This document shows positions 22,482 to 33,330 of a stretch of DNA of 39,431 nt, one piece after another. Source of the stretch: Octopus bimaculoides (lineage: Eukaryota); NCBI RefSeq assembly GCF_001194135.2, contig NC_068998.1, positions 3,633,852-3,673,282 on the forward strand, given 5' to 3'. Every line of letters begins with the position of its first letter. Positions within the stretch are counted from its first letter, which is position 1. The position numbers and the translations under genes are program-made. The notes under the pieces are model-generated. The model was given only the letters and a program-made list of their open reading frames with translations. It did not search any database and was not told where the DNA came from.

Positions 22482-22564
22482 TTAATCCAGTCTAAAAGAA
22501 GAGATGGCAAACAGAAGCTGAAGCAGTTACTGGAAGGAATGAGGATGATACTGAATGAAACCAA
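22482..22564 (+). CDS. LAS1L: LAS1L exon 7 (LIQSKRRDGKQKLKQLLEGMRMILNET)
   Basis: gttttctgtAG / CAA|GTAAGT, phase 0/2, open frame. Confidence 0.8.
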
Positions 22565-22821
22565 GTAAGTAGAGATGACACCGAGAGGAGGGTGTTTGAA
22601 TAAAAAGTCTCAAACCATTGACCACAAGGGTCAAGATTCTGGACGTTATTATAGTCTTTTTATGTGTCCTATCTGCCTGGTCCACACGTTTTTGTTTCAT
22701 GTTTTGTGAACAATATTGTTGATGGTTACAAGATGACAGTGGGTGTCATTCACTGGTCCCCTCTATTTAAAATGGTGAAAAAGGGGCAGGAGTGTCTGTA
22801 CCACTCAGGTGGAATAAGTAC

Positions 22822-23150
22822 ATCATCATCATCCTTCAACATCTGTTTTCAATGTTGGCATTGCTTGGATGGTTTGACAGGAGTTGGCAAACCAGAGAGT
22901 TGCACCAGGCTCCAATTTTCTGTTTTGGCATAGTTTTTATGGCTGGGTGCCCTTCCTAATGCCAACCACTTTACATGGTATACTACATGTTTTATACATG
23001 GCACCAGCATGATTGCTCTATATGTGGTGCCGGCACAAATGCTCCACATATGGTGTGAGCACTGGTGCTTTTTATCTAGCGCCAGTATGAATGTTGTATA
23101 AGTAGCACTGGCATATGTGGTTCCTGCACGGGTGCCATATATGTGGTACC
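22822..23150 (-). mobile_element. Family D element with internal ggcacc-type tandem repeats
   Basis: catcatcatc..ccatg/caatgttggcat..gggtgcccttcctaatgccaaccac, then repeated tatgtggtgccggcac-like units. Confidence 0.7.
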
Positions 23151-23756
23151 AGAGCTGTTTGAAGATATTGGATATTTTGATTCAGCATTTTCTACTGCTG
23201 TGAGTCAAGGTTCTATTCTCCCTTACCTGACTCATCAGTTACCACTTACCCACACCTACCAACTGTAACCCACATGCTACGAATGAACCTTACCCCTTTA
23301 GCATTCAAAAGTTGATCTCTAGATATTGAGCTTCGATGATGGAAATGATGAATGGATGTGGTAAGTGGTGAGATACTGTGTTGGAGAAGACCTAACCAGT
23401 CCATACAAACGTGTTTTGAATGGATGTAAAAATGGTAAATACGACGATGATAATAAAGATGATAGTTGATCAACATTTCCAGTTTGGCAAGAAAGGGAGA
23501 TAACTCTGGGCATGATTCATTCTTATTGCAAATCGTCAGTGATGCTGCACCTTATCATAAACAGGCTGAAATAGCAGTAGCCCTTAAGCGGGCGTTTGGA
23601 GCATAACATGAACTTCTGATGTATAGTTTCAATGTAGATCACTTTAAACTTTTTTCCTAGTATATTTGCACTGAAATACAATGTCTTTGTTTCAATTAAT
23701 TTTGAAAAATAATGAGGAATTTAATGAAATAACTGTTATTTAGCTTGTGTTTGGAG

Positions 23757-23950
23757 CAGAAGGCCTCAAATTTGGGGGCAGGGATTAAGTCGACGCCAAT
23801 ACGCAACTGGTACTTAATTTATCGACCCTGATCCCCTGAAAGGATGAAAGGCAAACTCGGCAGAATTTGAACTCAGAATGTAGGGGTAGATGAAATACTG
23901 CTAAGCATTTTGCCCGGTGTGCTAACGTTTCTGTCAGCTTGCCACCTTAG
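23757..23950 (-). mobile_element. SINE family B
   Basis: ctggtacttaatttatcgaccc..aaggatgaaaggcaaa..gaatttgaactcagaatg..gctaacgtttctgtcagcttgccacc. Confidence 0.85.
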
Positions 23951-23994
23951 CTTGAAGAATTAATAATGAAAACAACAACTACAAATATATGAAT

Positions 23995-24230
23995 CATCAT
24001 CATCGTTTAACGTCCGTTTTCCATGCTGGCATGGGTTGGACGGTTTGACTGGGGTCTGGGCAGCCAGGAGGAGGCTGGCAACGGCCACAACCGGTTGGTG
24101 CTTTTTACGTGCCACTGGCACGGAGGCCAGTCAAGGTGGTGCTGGCATCGGCCATGTTCGGATGGTGTTTTTTATGTGCCACCGGCACGGGTATCACAAC
24201 TCCAATTTCCATTTGATTTTCATTTTGATA
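23995..24230 (-). mobile_element. Family D element
   Basis: tcatcatcatcgtttaacgtccgttttccatgctggcatgggttggacgg. Confidence 0.75.
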
Positions 24231-24424
24231 TTGATGTACTTGACTCAATAAGTCTCCTCAAGCACAGCAGGTCGCCATATGATCCAAGGTACTTTTGAAT
24301 GGACTGGGGCTGGTTATGTGAAACTGGTGTAGGACACATCCATGAACCCACTTTATTTGCCGGGTCTTCGCAGTCACAGCATATCTCCAGAATGTTTAAT
24401 GTAATTTTTTTTGTATTTTTTCAG

Positions 24425-24510
24425 TCCTGAATTTTTATCCATCTTACTGGAAGAAGGTTACTTAATACCCTCGGCTGAACAACTGGAAGCCCTTGACATT
24501 AGTCCAGCTG
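24425..24510 (+). CDS. LAS1L: LAS1L exon 8 (PEFLSILLEEGYLIPSAEQLEALDISPA)
   Basis: tttttttcAG acceptor (phase 2). Matches LLDDGFLVPTFEQLAAL of human LAS1L as recalled. Donor at 24511 or 24514 (both phase 1). Confidence 0.88.
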
Positions 24511-25054
24511 GTAGTGAATCTTTCCTTTTAAATCATTTTTTCTTTCTTTTTTTTTTTTGTTTTGCTTTTTATTTTTACTGTTACTTATAAAATTTATATG
24601 GGAGAGGGTTTGTCAGTTACGGTCGCTGGTATTTTAGTTGATTGGCCCCAGAAAAATAAAGAGTAAAGTCAACCTTGGAAGAATTTGAACACAGAACATA
24701 AAAGATTGTAACTAAATATGACTCTGAGGATTCTAGCAATATGTGGAACTTATACTATATCAGTCAACAGCCTTAACCCATTAACTGCCAGATTTTTTTA
24801 TCCATCTTCTTTTGGCTTTGCCAGGTATCTTAGGAGTTAAAATAATATATAGTATTTAAATTTTTTGTCTCTCTACCTCTCTCTCTTTCTCTCAATCTCC
24901 CTCTGTCTGTCTCTCTCTCTCCTTTTCCATCTCTCCCTCTTTCTCTGTTTCTCTTTGTCTTTATCTCCCTCTTTCTCTCCACCCCTCTCTCTTGCCTTTC
25001 TAATTGAATTAAGACCAATAATTAAACATTTCTCCATCTAATTTTTTTCTGCAG

Positions 25055-25261
25055 AACTCCAGTCCCAGAATGGTTTATGGTTACCAGATAGCCTTGTCCA
25101 GTTCTGGAAACCAATACTGCTGCTGCTACATACAATGAAATTCACTCCTGTTGTGGTCAAGAATTTAATGGTCATGGTTTGTGCCAACAACAGTGAATCT
25201 CTGTCTGCAAGACTCACAGCTGGTTGGCTCATGGCGATTTTATTCAGCGTCAACCAAGCAA
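25055..25261 (+). CDS. LAS1L: LAS1L exon 9 (LQSQNGLWLPDSLVQFWKPILLLLH...GWLMAILFSVNQA)
   Basis: ttttctgcAG / GCAA|GTAAGT, phase 1/1. QFWKPIL matches Las1 QFWQPLL. Confidence 0.9.
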
Positions 25262-25324
25262 GTAAGTCTAACCTTCCCCCCTCACTTTCTCTTTTGCTCT
25301 CTCTCTCTCTCCCCTCTATGTATC

Positions 25325-25740
25325 ACTTTATCTGGGTTCAATCCCACTGTGTGGCACCTTGGGCAAGTGTCTTCTACTGTAGGCACAGGCATGGCTGTGT
25401 GGTAAGAAGTTTGCTTCCTAACCAGGTAGCTTTGGGTTCAGTCCCACTGCGTGGCACCTTTGTCTGAGTGGATTTGGTAGATGGAAACTGTAAGAAACCT
25501 CTGTGTGTGTTTCTATGTTTGTGCCTGTTTGTCCCTCACCACCACCTGACAAACAGTGTTGGTGTATTTACATCTCTATAACTTAGCAGTTAGGCAAAAG
25601 AGATCAATAGAATAAGCACCAGGCTTAACATAAAACACAAAAAAAATAAGTACTGGAGTGGATTCCTTTGATTGAAAGTTCTTCAAGGCAGTGCCCCAGC
25701 ATGGCCACGGTCTAATGACTGGAACAAGTAAAAGATGACA
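25325..25740 (+). mobile_element. SINE family A (partial head plus near full-length copy) in LAS1L intron 9
   Basis: aggcacaggcatggctgtgtggtaagaag..gggttcagtcccactgcgtggcacc..ccccagcatggccacggtctaatgactggaacaagtaaaagat. Confidence 0.85.
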
Positions 25741-26047
25741 GATAGAATATAAAAGATATAGCCCTGGGCTGACCGAAAGAACTTGCAAGTGGATCTTGAA
25801 AATCCTTCGTGTGTGTGTGTACCCTTGGTTTTGCGTCATGTGATTGTTGTAAATAAACAAGTGGTATTTATCATTTCCAGTCTTTGAGGAATATGTCTGG
25901 CTGTGGGGTAATATTACCATATTTGTGGCAACAGAGAAAGCATCAGCCCATAGAAAATCAATCTGAACGAATTCTTTCTGACCCCTGTATGTTGGGGACA
26001 CAGTATTTCCAATCTGTTAGCCTTCCTGCTCCCCTTCTTTCTTTCAG

Positions 26048-26165
26048 ATCAGATGAAAGACGACCAAAACTCATTGTACAACACACCCTGTACGTTACCA
26101 TGGAAATCCCTTGTCGAACAAGCTCTTAAAGTACCCACGAAATACCCTCTACATCTGGCCCTCTG
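26048..26165 (+). CDS. LAS1L: LAS1L exon 10 (QMKDDQNSLYNTPCTLPWKSLVEQALKVPTKYPLHLAL)
   Basis: ttctttctttcAG / CTG|GTGAGT, phase 1/2, open frame. Confidence 0.85.
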
Positions 26166-26398
26166 GTGAGTTTTAATCATTTTTATCAGTTATGAATCTC
26201 AAACAATATCCCTGCTAAGAGGTAATGGCTGTGAGGCTGAGAATTTCAAGCCTTTGTACAACTACCGGTGTTAGTGCCTGTAAACAAGGTACGTAACTCT
26301 CTTAAACTCCCAGATAAGACGGTGCTCTGGTGTATCGACACTCTTCTGCCTCTAGGTTACACACTCCACCTGTTCCACTGTGTATATGTATGTGTTTG

Positions 26399-26444
<46 letters not shown>

Positions 26445-26494
26445 CTCAACCGTGACTGCAATCTTACTTGGTTTGACATGTTTGACAATATATC

Positions 26495-26632
26495 TTCATC
26501 ATCATCGTCGTTTAACGTCCGCTTTCCATGCTAGCATGGGTTGGACGATTTGACTGAGGACTGGTGAAACTAGATGGCTACACCAGGCTCCAATCTGATT
26601 TGGCAGAGTTTCTACAGCTGGATGCCCTTCCT
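26495..26632 (-). mobile_element. Family D element
   Basis: catcatcgtcgtttaacgtccgctttccatgctagcatggg..ctacagctggatgcccttcc. Confidence 0.8.
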
Positions 26633-26831
26633 ATATATTCAATCACATGCAAGTAAAGGAGTAGATAAATGAAAGAAAGAGGCATTTAGCATATTTAGTA
26701 GTAATTGCACATATTATTATTATTTAAAACTGTTTGATTTGGCCCTTTGCATACATATATGTATATATATATATATATATAAATATAATGTATATACATG
26801 TATGTTTATATTGTTCTGATGATTTATACAG

Positions 26832-26995
26832 GCTGTTGACAGAATGCGAAGGACATTTCCAAGAGAAACAACAGAATCACCTGTTGGAGTTGATTAATAT
26901 TTACCTGTCTCAGAACTTGACAAACAGCTCCCTTGATATTCCAAACGACACCAATGGGGAATTAACCAATGGTAGAGGCTACCACACTGTCGATG
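26832..26995 (+). CDS. LAS1L: LAS1L exon 11 (LLTECEGHFQEKQQNHLLELINIYLSQ...YHTVD)
   Basis: tttatacAG / GATG|GTAAGT, phase 2/1. HLLELINIY resembles KLLRICSIY of human LAS1L as recalled. Confidence 0.85.
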
Positions 26996-27190
26996 GTAAG
27001 TAGACCAAACGTTTCCTATCCCTTAGATACCATAATGTTACTTTATTATCAATGGTGATGGTCATGTTGGGAGTGGTAATATATATAACCATGTATTGTC
27101 AGATTTTAGTTGTTGCTGTTTATAACAAAGTCAGTCTTTAGTTCCCAATGGTACACATGCACAAGTTATATTCTATTTTCTCCTTTCCAG

Positions 27191-27268
27191 ATGTTATCCA
27201 AAATATCCAAAATTCTACTCAACCGGAATCTATTTCCACACCTCTCACATCCTGGGAAATTTCTACAG
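27191..27268 (+). CDS. LAS1L: LAS1L exon 12 (VIQNIQNSTQPESISTPLTSWEIST)
   Basis: tcctttccAG / CAG|GTAATT, phase 1/1. Confidence 0.85.
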
Positions 27269-27467
27269 GTAATTATTTTTTGATTTCATCTATTAGATAT
27301 TGGTCGATGGAATTTCTAATGGGGCTGAATGTGATGATCCTGAGATTCAGCCGTCCAGATATATGACACCTTCAACAAATTGATCCCCATAATGTTCTCT
27401 CTCACATCAAATGGTTTGTCATTTCCTGTGCAATCTGTTCCCCAAATTTGTAGATTCTGATGGTCAA

Positions 27468-27800
27468 CATCGTTTAACGTCCGCTTTCCATGCTGGCATG
27501 GGTTGGACAGTTTGACTGAGGACTGGTGAGCCAGAAGGCTGCACCAGTCCCTAATCTGATCTGGCAGAGTTTCTACAGCTGGATGCCCTTCCTAACGCCA
27601 ACTACTCCAAGAGTGTAGTGGGTGCTTTTACATGCCACCGGCACGAGGGCCAGTCACACAGTACTGGCATCGACCACGCTCAAATAGTGCTTTTTATGTG
27701 TCACCTGCACAGGAACCAGTCCGGCAGCACTGGCAACGGCCATGCTGGAATGGTGCTTTTTTTATGTGCCACTGGCACGGGAGCCAGCCAGTGGCCCTGA
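27468..27800 (-). mobile_element. Family D element with internal repeats
   Basis: catcgtttaacgtccgctttccatgctggc..ggatgcccttcctaacgcc.. then three tgcttttt(a)atgtgccac-like units. Confidence 0.8.
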
Positions 27801-27935
27801 TATAAGAGATGGGATTGTAATGGCTGGAGAACCTGTTAATCATTGACCTGATAGCTTAACCATGTCTAATCTGAATCTAAACAAAAACAACAGACATTAT
27901 TAACTGCAATATTTTTTTCCCCCCCTCTTTCTCAG

Positions 27936-28074
27936 ACATCAACTGGGAAAACTACTCCCTAGGCTGTATGCCATACCACAAACTCTCGTTTTCAAACCTT
28001 GAGTTTTATGATATCAGCGACCTTCCAGCCAAAAAGAGGAGAATGTTTGACAATTATTCCGAACACCAAATTGC
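27936..28074 (+). CDS. LAS1L: LAS1L exon 13 (INWENYSLGCMP...PAKKRR...EHQIA); ends at in-frame TAA 28076-28078 if the 28075 donor is not used
   Basis: ctctttctcAG acceptor (phase 1). W-x6-W-x4-LG-x-MP matches the Las1 C-terminal WQVSSEDVRWDTFPLGRMP motif as recalled. GC|GTAAGT donor overlaps a stop codon. Confidence 0.85.
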
Positions 28075-29237
28075 GTAAGTTTGTTTATAATTACTTTCCT
28101 TCTTTTTTTCTCTTTTTTATTTCTTTATTAAAACATTTTGAATGACTTATGGAGTTTTTGTCTTTTATTTAACCATTCTCTGACTGTCTTTTACTTGATA
28201 GAATGGTGTATATTCTATAGGTAGTGATTGGTTCTGTTTGCTAAATTGTAGTTTCTGTTTGATTTTGTTGTACATCTGTGCTGTGCCTGGCCTTTCAGCT
28301 GAACGAATTGACCCCTGTATGTTTTTTTGTTTCTTAAGCCTGGTACTTATTCTGTTGGTCTCTTTTGCTGAACTGGTGAGTTATGGGGACGTAAACACTA
28401 TCCTGCGTTCGATTTGTTCGACTAAAGGCCGTGCTCCAGCATGGCCACTGTCGAATGACTGAAACAAATGAAAGAAAGAAAGAATCTAACTCATGCTAGC
28501 CTAGAAAAATGGACGTAAAATGGATGGATGGATGAATGAACGAGCAAAGCTGCGTGGCTAGGAAGCTTGCTTTTCAAGCAAATAGTTCAAGGCTCTGCCT
28601 GCTATAGCCTTGGGCCGAGCAAAGCCTTNNNNNNNNNNNNNNNNNNNNNNNNNNNNNNNNNNNNNNNNNNNNNNNNNNNNNNNNNNNNNNNNNNNNNNNN
28701 NNNNNNNNNNNNNNNNNNNNNNNNNNNNNNNNNNNNNNNNNNNNNNNNNNNNNNNNNNNNNNNNNNNNNNNNNNNNNNNNNNNNNNNNNNNNNNNNNNNN
28801 NNNNNNNNNNNNNNNNNNNNNNNNNNNNNNNNNNNNNNNNNNNNNNNNNNNNNNNNNNNNNNNNNNNNNNNNNNNNNNNNNNNNNNNNNNNNNNNNNNNN
28901 NNNNNNNNNNNNNNNNNNNNNNNNNNNNNNNNNNNNNNNNNNNNNNNNNNNNNNNNNNNNNNNNNNNNNNNNNNNNNNNNNNNNNNNNNNNNNNNNNNNN
29001 NNNNNNNNNNNNNNNNNNNNNNNNNNNNNNNNNNNNNNNNNNNNNNNNNNNNNNNNNNNNNNNNNNNNNNNNNNNNNNNNNNNNNNNNNNNNNNNNNNNN
29101 NNNNNNNNNNNNNNNNNNNNNNNNNNNNNNNNNNNNNNNNNNNNNNNNNNNNNNNNNNNNNNNNNNNNNNNNNNNNNNNNNNNNNNNNNNNNNNNNNNNN
29201 NNNNNNNNNNNNNNNNNNNNNNNNNNNNNNNNNNNNN

Positions 29238-29277
<40 letters not shown>

Positions 29278-29586
29278 TGTGTGTGTATGTATATATAATA
29301 CACACACCCAAACACTCAGATGCACTAATTTGGGGCTGTGCATTTTCAATTAACATAAAATGTTTTAAACCAACAAAAGAACCTCTACATGGTTGTTTGA
29401 CCTGTTAGAAATAACAGCCAAATCTCCCTCAAACCATGTTAACAAGGAGCAGTTGGATAATGTGGTCCTAGGTTTCCTGCATGTTGGAAAATGGCAGGAT
29501 GGTCACAATGGTCTTGCCATTTTAACATACACATTCCTCGATGTTTTCCAGATTGTTCCTAATTCCTTGTTTTTTTCTATTTGCAG

Positions 29587-29623
29587 ACATGCTGACCATT
29601 CTGAAGTGTTGTATGTTTTATAG
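29587..29623 (+). CDS. LAS1L: Probable LAS1L terminal exon 14 (HADHSEVLYVL*)
   Basis: Strong acceptor ttttttctatttgcAG (29585-29586), phase 2 matching the exon 13 donor. Stop TAG at 29621-29623, ATTAAA at 29656-29661. Total CDS 1479 nt = 492 aa. Confidence 0.6.
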
Positions 29624-29749
29624 AGAAAAGCTCTTGGCTTTGAGAATTCAGTCTCATTAAACTTTCTTTACTAGTTTGAAACTGTGTCTGTATTTCTTTT
29701 TTCTTTTTCAATATTTCTATTTTTGGTGGGAAATATTCATTTCAAATTT

Positions 29750-29930
29750 TGGCACAAGGCCTGCAATTTAGGGGGACAAGGTAAGTTGATTACATTGACC
29801 CAGTACTCAACTGGTACTTATTTTATTGACTCCAAAACGATAAAAGGTAAAGTCGACCTTGGTGGAATTTGAACTCAGAACATGAGGACAGACAAAATGC
29901 TATGAAGCATTCTGCCCAGCACAGTATCAG
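29750..29930 (-). mobile_element. SINE family B
   Basis: ggcacaaggcc..caactggtacttattttattgac..aaagtcgaccttggtggaatttgaactcagaac. Confidence 0.8.
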
Positions 29931-30780
29931 TTCTGCCTATGGTGGGATATAATTGTTTTAAAGAAACCTTTTTATCTTTTAGTCAAAAGGGAAGGCAGTA
30001 TCCATGATCCTTTTACAGGGCCTCTCAGTCTGGCTGGCATGCATGAGTGCTACACTTCATATACTTCCAGACAGGGACAGATTAAGACCCATCAAGGCCC
30101 TAAGCACTTAAAATATTTTTGGTGCAACTGTCAAGATTTTCTGGCTGCATTCCCAAGCGTCACCAATTAAGACTAGAGACATTACCCAACCATCTCGTTC
30201 ATCCCTCGGGTCTCCTGCCAGTTGGCTCGGCTTGAAGAATCCGTTTTTAGCAATGCCTTCCTGTGACATTCTAATTCCATGTCTGGAGTACTCAACCTCC
30301 AGACGTTTAGACACAGTAAGTAGAAAAAAAAAAAGAGAAAGAAGTCAGAATGTGATTTGCTGGGGATTTGGCTGCTATTTCTAGCATCTGTAATGGTTGT
30401 GGCAGAACTAACTGTATGAACCGTAGAATATTAGTTAGCTGTCACTAAGTTATTCTGTTGTAACCATGGAAACAACGCACACCTGTATCAATGAGCGAAC
30501 CACGATGTGGTTACTCGATCTGCTAGAAATAGCAGCTAGATGTTCCTCCGATCAGATCCATGACGTCTTAGAAAAGCAGAAATTGGGGAACGTGTTCCCG
30601 GCTTCCCTGCTCATGGGTAAAAGACAGGATGGTCATGACAGGAATCTGTATGATCATAGGTCAGCTCGACTGGAAATGACCAGGGGTTACACAACAACTA
30701 CTATTACTACTACTACTACAGCAGCAGCAGCCAGTGAAAGTGCCTGTACACACACACACGCATATACATAAATACATACA

Positions 30781-30825
<45 letters not shown>

Positions 30826-31964
30826 CTACTCATATACACGTAAACGTACAAATTCATGCGCATAGAAGTAAATATACATGCAAACACATACGTACATAGA
30901 TAGAAACACACACACGAACACGGTAATAAATATACACATATAAACATATACGCACATATACATACACTTATACACACACACACGCACACATAGTACAAAA
31001 GTATATCCCCGCAATATACACAAGCACACGCATACGTACAATGGTATATCTACACACACATACAAACACACGTGAATACGCACACACATTTACATAGCCC
31101 CTCCCCTACCCCCTCCAACCGGGTACATGGTTTAAATAGGGGTCTTTTATAAATACGGGTAGCTTTCACCTGAATTTTTGTTAGACATGTTAGTCGTTGT
31201 AGTGACGGTGGTGGTGGTGATGCTAGTAGTGGTGATGGTGATATGGTGGAAATGATGGCGGTGCTGGTGGTAGTGGTACTATCTTAAAACATGGGCGCAC
31301 TGGTTAGTTTCTCTAGGGGCCCAGTTACGATCTATGTTTTGTTGTCAATAAATATATACTACAGGGCCCAGCGCACTGATTGTCCCTGGGGTCTATGATG
31401 CTGCTAAGACAACCCTGTGTGGTAGTGGTTGCTGTTATAGTGGTGGAGGTGATGGGTTTGCTGCGATAGTATCGGCAGAAGTAGTGGTGGTGTTTGTGTT
31501 ACAGTTGCGGTGGTGGTGTGCTTACAGGGGTGTTTATTGTGAAAGCAGTGATGTTGTTGTTGCTGTTGTTGAACAGTTTATGGACAACGCAGATGACACG
31601 AGGCACAACCAGGCCTCTACGGGGTTCCTCGACATCCTGGAAATAGCAGCCAAATCTCTCTCAGATCACTTACAAACAGGGACACAAAATATCAAGTTGT
31701 TTTGTATGGACGATGCTAAAACAAACAGACGGGGTGGTCACGGCTTGAATGTCTTTGATTATAGTTGCTGTCTAATTAAGTGTGACTTGGGACTAAACGA
31801 CAATAATAGTGATGAGCAGTGCTTCCCAAAGAGGGTGGAAACGCCCCCCAGTGTCACTAGTTACTGGGACGAAGGCGCAGAAGATTGGGGGTACAATGGA
31901 CACGTCTATATAACCTTTTAGCCCTTGACTCATACTTGTGAACGTTTAAAAATATTGGCACAAG

Positions 31965-32065
31965 GCCATCAATTTCGTGGGGAGAGGGACTAGTCAATTG
32001 CATCGACCCCAATATTCAACTGGTTCTGATTTTATCGACCCCGAAAGGATGAAAGGCAAAGTCGA
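31965..32065 (-). mobile_element. SINE family B, 3' part
   Basis: ggcacaaggcc..ttttatcgaccccgaaaggatgaaaggcaaagtcgacctcggcgg. Confidence 0.8.
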
Positions 32066-32390
32066 CCTCGGCGGAGATAAACTTTTATTAGCCAAGCCAA
32101 AGGGAAAATGTATCTCTTCCGCTCAGGGTCGGCCCTAGAGTTCGAGGCGCACTGGGCAAGCTGAACTTCGGGGCACTTACAAGTATAATTTTGGTCTTTG
32201 TTTCGCCCTCCTTCGTAAAGGCTGCAGTAGAGTAGTAGTAGTAGTAGTAGTAGTAGTAGCATCAGCAATTGTGGTTTTGCACCGCTTCACAAACCCTAAT
32301 ATTCTGATGCATGATTACTACTACAACCAGCATGACTACTACTACTACTACTAATAATAATAATAATAATAATAACAACAACAATAACAT

Positions 32391-32428
<38 letters not shown>

Positions 32429-32984
32429 TTTCTCTGGGACACTCACACGTCCCCCCCCCATACACACACACACTGTCACAACAAATGCCATTTACTCCAG
32501 ATATTTCATCCATGACAAAAAAAAAAGGAAAAAAAAAAGAAGCAAACGAGAGGAAGGAGTAGCGAAGGGACTCAAAATAGAAACCCTTAATTTTAATTCT
32601 TGTCACGAACACCGTTGTATTTCTTGTATTCTTCAAAAACATCATCATCATCATCATCAACAGCAACAACAACAACCTAAACACATGTAATAACAGAAAG
32701 GCGCTCACCCCTACGTCCTACGAAGAAATGTTTATTTAGGTGAACCCGTACAGCCTCAAACATTCGACCCCCCCCTTTCCAGTCTCCCTTGCAAAGCCGA
32801 CCCCCTTATAAAACCACAAAACAAACCCACATCCCTGTTTTGTAGACACATTATATCGAATATTAAAGTATTTTAAAACCTTTTTTTTATTATTTGATAC
32901 GAAATATTAGTCTCTTCTTCTTCTTCTTCTTCTTCTTCTTCTCAATGGTTTTTGATTGATCGCTTTTGTTTGTTTGGACAATGG

Positions 32985-33330
32985 AGGCGCATAGTTTAAT
33001 TAGGGCATTCGGCCCCGAATCATAAGGTCGTGAGTTCGATTCCCGGCTGCACGGTCTGTCCTTGAGCAGTATACTTTTTTTCCCGCTGCTCCACTCGAGT
33101 GGACTGGGGCACTACGTGTGAACGACGAGCATTACGAGAAGGCGAAAACCCACGCGAAATAAAGTATCTTGCTGGCAAAAATGAGTGGTACCTGTAAATT
33201 AATAAATTTCCTTCAAATTACAAAGGATATATATAGAAATAAGTCCTGGGGACGATTTGTTTTCCTAAACCCTTCATAGCAGTGCTCCAGCATGGCCGCA
33301 GTCCAGTGACCGAAGCAAATAAAAGAAGAA
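32985..33330 (+). mobile_element. SINE family C head followed by SINE family A 3' end
   Basis: ggaggcgcatagtt..gtcgtgagttcgattccc..gtccttgagc; then aataagtcctgggg..gtgctccagcatggccgcagtc. Confidence 0.65.

Noticed and set aside
27323-27352. Box C (GTGATGA) and box D (CTGA) inside an 8 bp stem in LAS1L intron 12
   Set aside because: Only 2 nt between the boxes, so no room for guide sequence, and the geometry is non-canonical; probably chance. A snoRNA scan would settle it.
30108-30330. Unique segment with short ORFs on both strands and an ACA|GTAAGT donor
   Set aside because: No convincing acceptor or recognisable homology on either strand.
31484-31921. 145 aa plus-strand ORF
   Set aside because: Runs through GGT/GTT repeats and a dispersed repeat copy; no protein-like features.
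32985-33065. tRNA-like sequences here and at 39170-39255, 25381-25450, 9381-9470
   Set aside because: A/B-box heads run directly into SINE bodies and lack a complete cloverleaf; these are SINE heads, not tRNA genes.
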